From Mustelus asterias (lineage: Eukaryota): DNA of 64,000 nucleotides. This document shows, piece after piece, positions 61,455 to 64,000 of the stretch. How positions within the stretch are numbered: the first letter of the stretch is position 1; the number at the start of each line of letters is the position of its first letter. Location: NCBI RefSeq assembly GCF_964213995.1, contig NC_135830.1, positions 6,882,001 through 6,946,000 of the forward strand. Direction: 5' to 3'. A program made the position numbers and the translations under genes. The notes beneath the pieces are model-generated. The model saw only the letters and a list, made by a program, of their open reading frames with translations. It was not told the DNA's origin and did no database searches.

Positions 61455-62835
61455 GTGTTGGGATGGGGCGGCGGTGGAGGGTTCGGGTTGGGTGGATGGT
61501 AAAGAGTGGGATGTTGGAGTGGATGGTGGAGGTTTGTTGTTGATTAGAATGGTGGGAGTTTGGGGAAGGAGTTGCCTGAATGGTGGGGAGATGCAGTGGA
61601 TGGTGGGAGGGGCGGTGTTGAGTGGGATGGTGGGGGTTTGTGGGAGGAGTTGGAGAGGATGGTGAATGTTGGGGAGTTGGAGCGGATGGTGGAGGTGTGA
61701 TTTGGGTTTGAATGGTGGGTGATTCCGGGAGGTGTTAAGGTGGATAGTGAAGGGTGGGAAGATGGAATGCATGGTGGGACTTGCGGGGTTGTCTTGGATG
61801 GTGGGAGTTTCATGGAGGAGTTGGAGTGGATCGTGATGGATGGGGAGTTCGAGTGAATGATGGGAGTTGTGGGGTTGGGTTGGATGGTGGGGGTTTGCGG
61901 GAGCAGTTGTGATGAATGGTGAAGTGTGGGAATGTGGATTGGATGTTGGGAGGTGTGGGGTCCGGTTGGATGTTGGGAGTTTGGGGGATGAATTGGGGTG
62001 GATGGTGAATTGTGGGGAGTTGGAGTGGATGGTGTGTGGTTGGGTTGGATGGTACTAGTTTGGTGACGGGTTCGGGTGAATGGTGAAGGATGTGGAGGTG
62101 GAGGGGATGGTTGAAGGTGTGGGGTTAGGTTGGATGATGGGGGCTTGGTGGAGGAGTTGGGGTGGATGGTGAATGGTGAGGATTTGGAGTGGATGGTGGA
62201 AGGTGTGGGGTTGTGTTTGATGGTGTGAGTTTGGTGTAAGAGTTGGTGTGGATGGTGGAGAGTGTCGAGTTGGAGTAGATGGCGTGAGGTGTGCGTTGGG
62301 TTGGATTGTGGCTTTTGAGTGGAGGAGCTGAGGTGGAAAGTGAAGGGTAGAGAGGTGGACTGGGTAGTGTGGAGGGTGTGGAGTTGGAGTGCAAGATTGG
62401 ATTTGTGCGATTGGGTTGGATGAAGGCTGTTGAGTGGAGGAGTGGGGGGTGATAGAGAAGGGTGGGGAGTTGGAGTGAATGGTAGGAGGCCGTGGGGGTG
62501 CGTTGGATGGTGGGCGTTTGGGGGATGAGTTGGGCTGGGTGGTGAAGGGTGGAGAGTTGGGGTCGATGGAGGAGGGCGTGGATATGGCATGAATGGTGGA
62601 TGGTGTCTGGATGGGTTGGATGGTATGAGTTTTTGGCAGGAGTTGGGGTGGATGGTGAAGGGTGGGGAGCTCGAGTGGAAGGTAGGAGGTGTGAGGTTGG
62701 GTTGGATTGGAGGAGTTTAGGGGATGAGTTGGGGTGCATGGTGAATAGCGAGGATTTTGTGTGGATGTTGGGGTTTGTGGTATTGTTTGGATGGTAGTTG
62801 TTTGGGGGAGGAGTTGGGCTGGATGATGAAGCGTT
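61455..62835 (+). repeat. G-rich, C-poor degenerate tandem repeat (about 80-bp unit)
   Basis: Recurring ggttggatggtggg / gaggagttggggtggatggtgaa / ggagttggagtggatggtg. Confidence 0.85.
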
Positions 62836-63136
62836 GATGGGACTGAGGCCAAAACAGAGTTCTCTTTCTTTTGGAGCATGGAGATTAGGTTGGAGCTGAA
62901 GTAAAATGCTGCATCCAGTGTCCCCCTTCCAAACGAAGAGGGGAATCGATTCTAGAAATCAATGTGTCCAGTCCGTGCTGAATGCGAGGATCTACCTGAC
63001 TGAAATCCAGATTAAAATGTTTGGACATTCTTTTTCAAATTTTAAATCCGTCTCCATCGCTTAATCTGGTTGATGAATGGAAAAGTGACCCCACTGCGAG
63101 ATGGTTTTATTCAGTTAAGCGAGTTATAATGACTGA

Positions 63137-64000
63137 CTACCAGATCACTGTTTTAATGAACTGCACAATTCCAGTAAATGGAAGTTTCACCACATTCTTC
63201 AGATCCTCTCTGAATTGTGCCTGGGTCACGGCATAAATGCATGTGTTGGTGCAGCAACTCAGGAGTTGCAGCATAAATCCCAGTTCCTGCACAAATTGGG
63301 GCAAAATTGTACTAATTAATCTGATATGCTCCAATCGGTTACAAAACGAATAGATGAGGAACACTGACCATAACAAGATGAAATTTCCCGATATTGCAAA
63401 CAGTAAGATAATGGATTTCCTTCTCTTTTCTATCTCTGGGTCACTTTGACTTACCCCACTCTTGTGGCTCCGAAGTCTCCTGCGGACTTTGCTCGACACT
63501 GAAATGTGTTTAACGGTTATAACATTGAGCAGCAGAATCAACAAGAATGGAACAAATGGAGTTAAAATATAGTGTACAGTTTCAACTGCTGCCCACACTC
63601 CTGATGCTCTAACATCAGAATGTACATAACAAAACCAAGGATTATTTGTGAAATAATATGTACCCCCACACATGAAGTACCAGAAAGTGTTCTTTACACT
63701 GAACACCACACTCACTGTTCCGAGAACCACAGCTGCCGTTTTCTCGGTGCAGTGTTTTATTTTCAGTTTCTGACAAGCAATGGCCACGAAACGATCAAAG
63801 GTGAAAGCGACAGTGAACCAGACAGAACAATCAGTGATTGCGTAAAGTAGGACAGCATGGATATTACACACTCTCATGTGAGCCATGAACAGAAATTGAT
63901 GAAGAAAACGGATAGGAATTTGTCTCAATATGAGATCCATTATAACGACCAGTAGATCTGCCGTTGACATGGAAATTAAGTAACGTGTGACACATTTGGA
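63137..64000 (-). CDS. Second GPR139-like GPCR, exon 2, partial (continues beyond window)
   Basis: Open frame SKCVTRYLISMSTADLLV..SVWFTVAFTFDRFVAIAC..NPWFC..ILTPFVPF..QLLSCCTNTCIY. Confidence 0.9.
   Translation of the reverse strand, partial: SKCVTRYLISMSTADLLVVIMDLILRQIPIRFLHQFLFMAHMRVCNIHAVLLYAITDCSVWFTVAFTFDRFVAIACQKLKIKHCTEKTAAVVLGTVSVVFSVKNTFWYFMCGGTYYFTNNPWFCYVHSDVRASGVWAAVETVHYILTPFVPFLLILLLNVITVKHISVSSKVRRRLRSHKSGVSQSDPEIEKRRKSIILLFAISGNFILLWSVFLIYSFCNRLEHIRLISTILPQFVQELGFMLQLLSCCTNTCIYAVTQAQFREDLKNVVKLPFTGIVQFIKTVIW

Noticed and set aside
61416-62879. Long Pro/His/Thr-rich ORFs (mucin or extensin-like)
   Set aside because: Open in several frames because of low-complexity C-rich sequence; no gene structure

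Overview
Eukaryotic genomic DNA from a cartilaginous fish, very likely a shark, judged from HE1-type V-SINEs and HER1/CR1 LINEs. No bacterial systems or CRISPR arrays are present. (1) 0.7-29 kb and 56-59 kb: a modular, repeatedly duplicated tRNA gene/pseudogene cluster (Asn, intron-containing Ile-TAT, Glu, Leu-AAG, Gln, Val and an intron-bearing Pro-like copy). It is invaded by young CR1 LINEs, a Rex1 fragment, SINEs, Penelope-derived hairpins carrying minimal hammerhead ribozymes, and a hAT transposon with a nested piggyBac derivative. (2) 31.6-37.9 kb: three T-cell-receptor alpha/delta-like V segments, each with a 23-bp-spacer RSS, in opposite orientations and all disabled; one RSS is split by a SINE. 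(3) An intact two-exon GPR139-like GPCR at 41.8-44.2 kb and a divergent paralogue running off the right edge. (4) An internally deleted endogenous retrovirus (44.7-49.5 kb) whose env TM has an unusual cysteine pattern. (5) A 4.5-kb, about 60-bp satellite apparently derived from the SINE, and a G-rich degenerate repeat. The best candidate for an undescribed system is the interdigitation of diversified GPR139-like receptors, RSS-bearing TCR V segments and a tRNA cluster. All calls come from reading the sequence; no searches were run.
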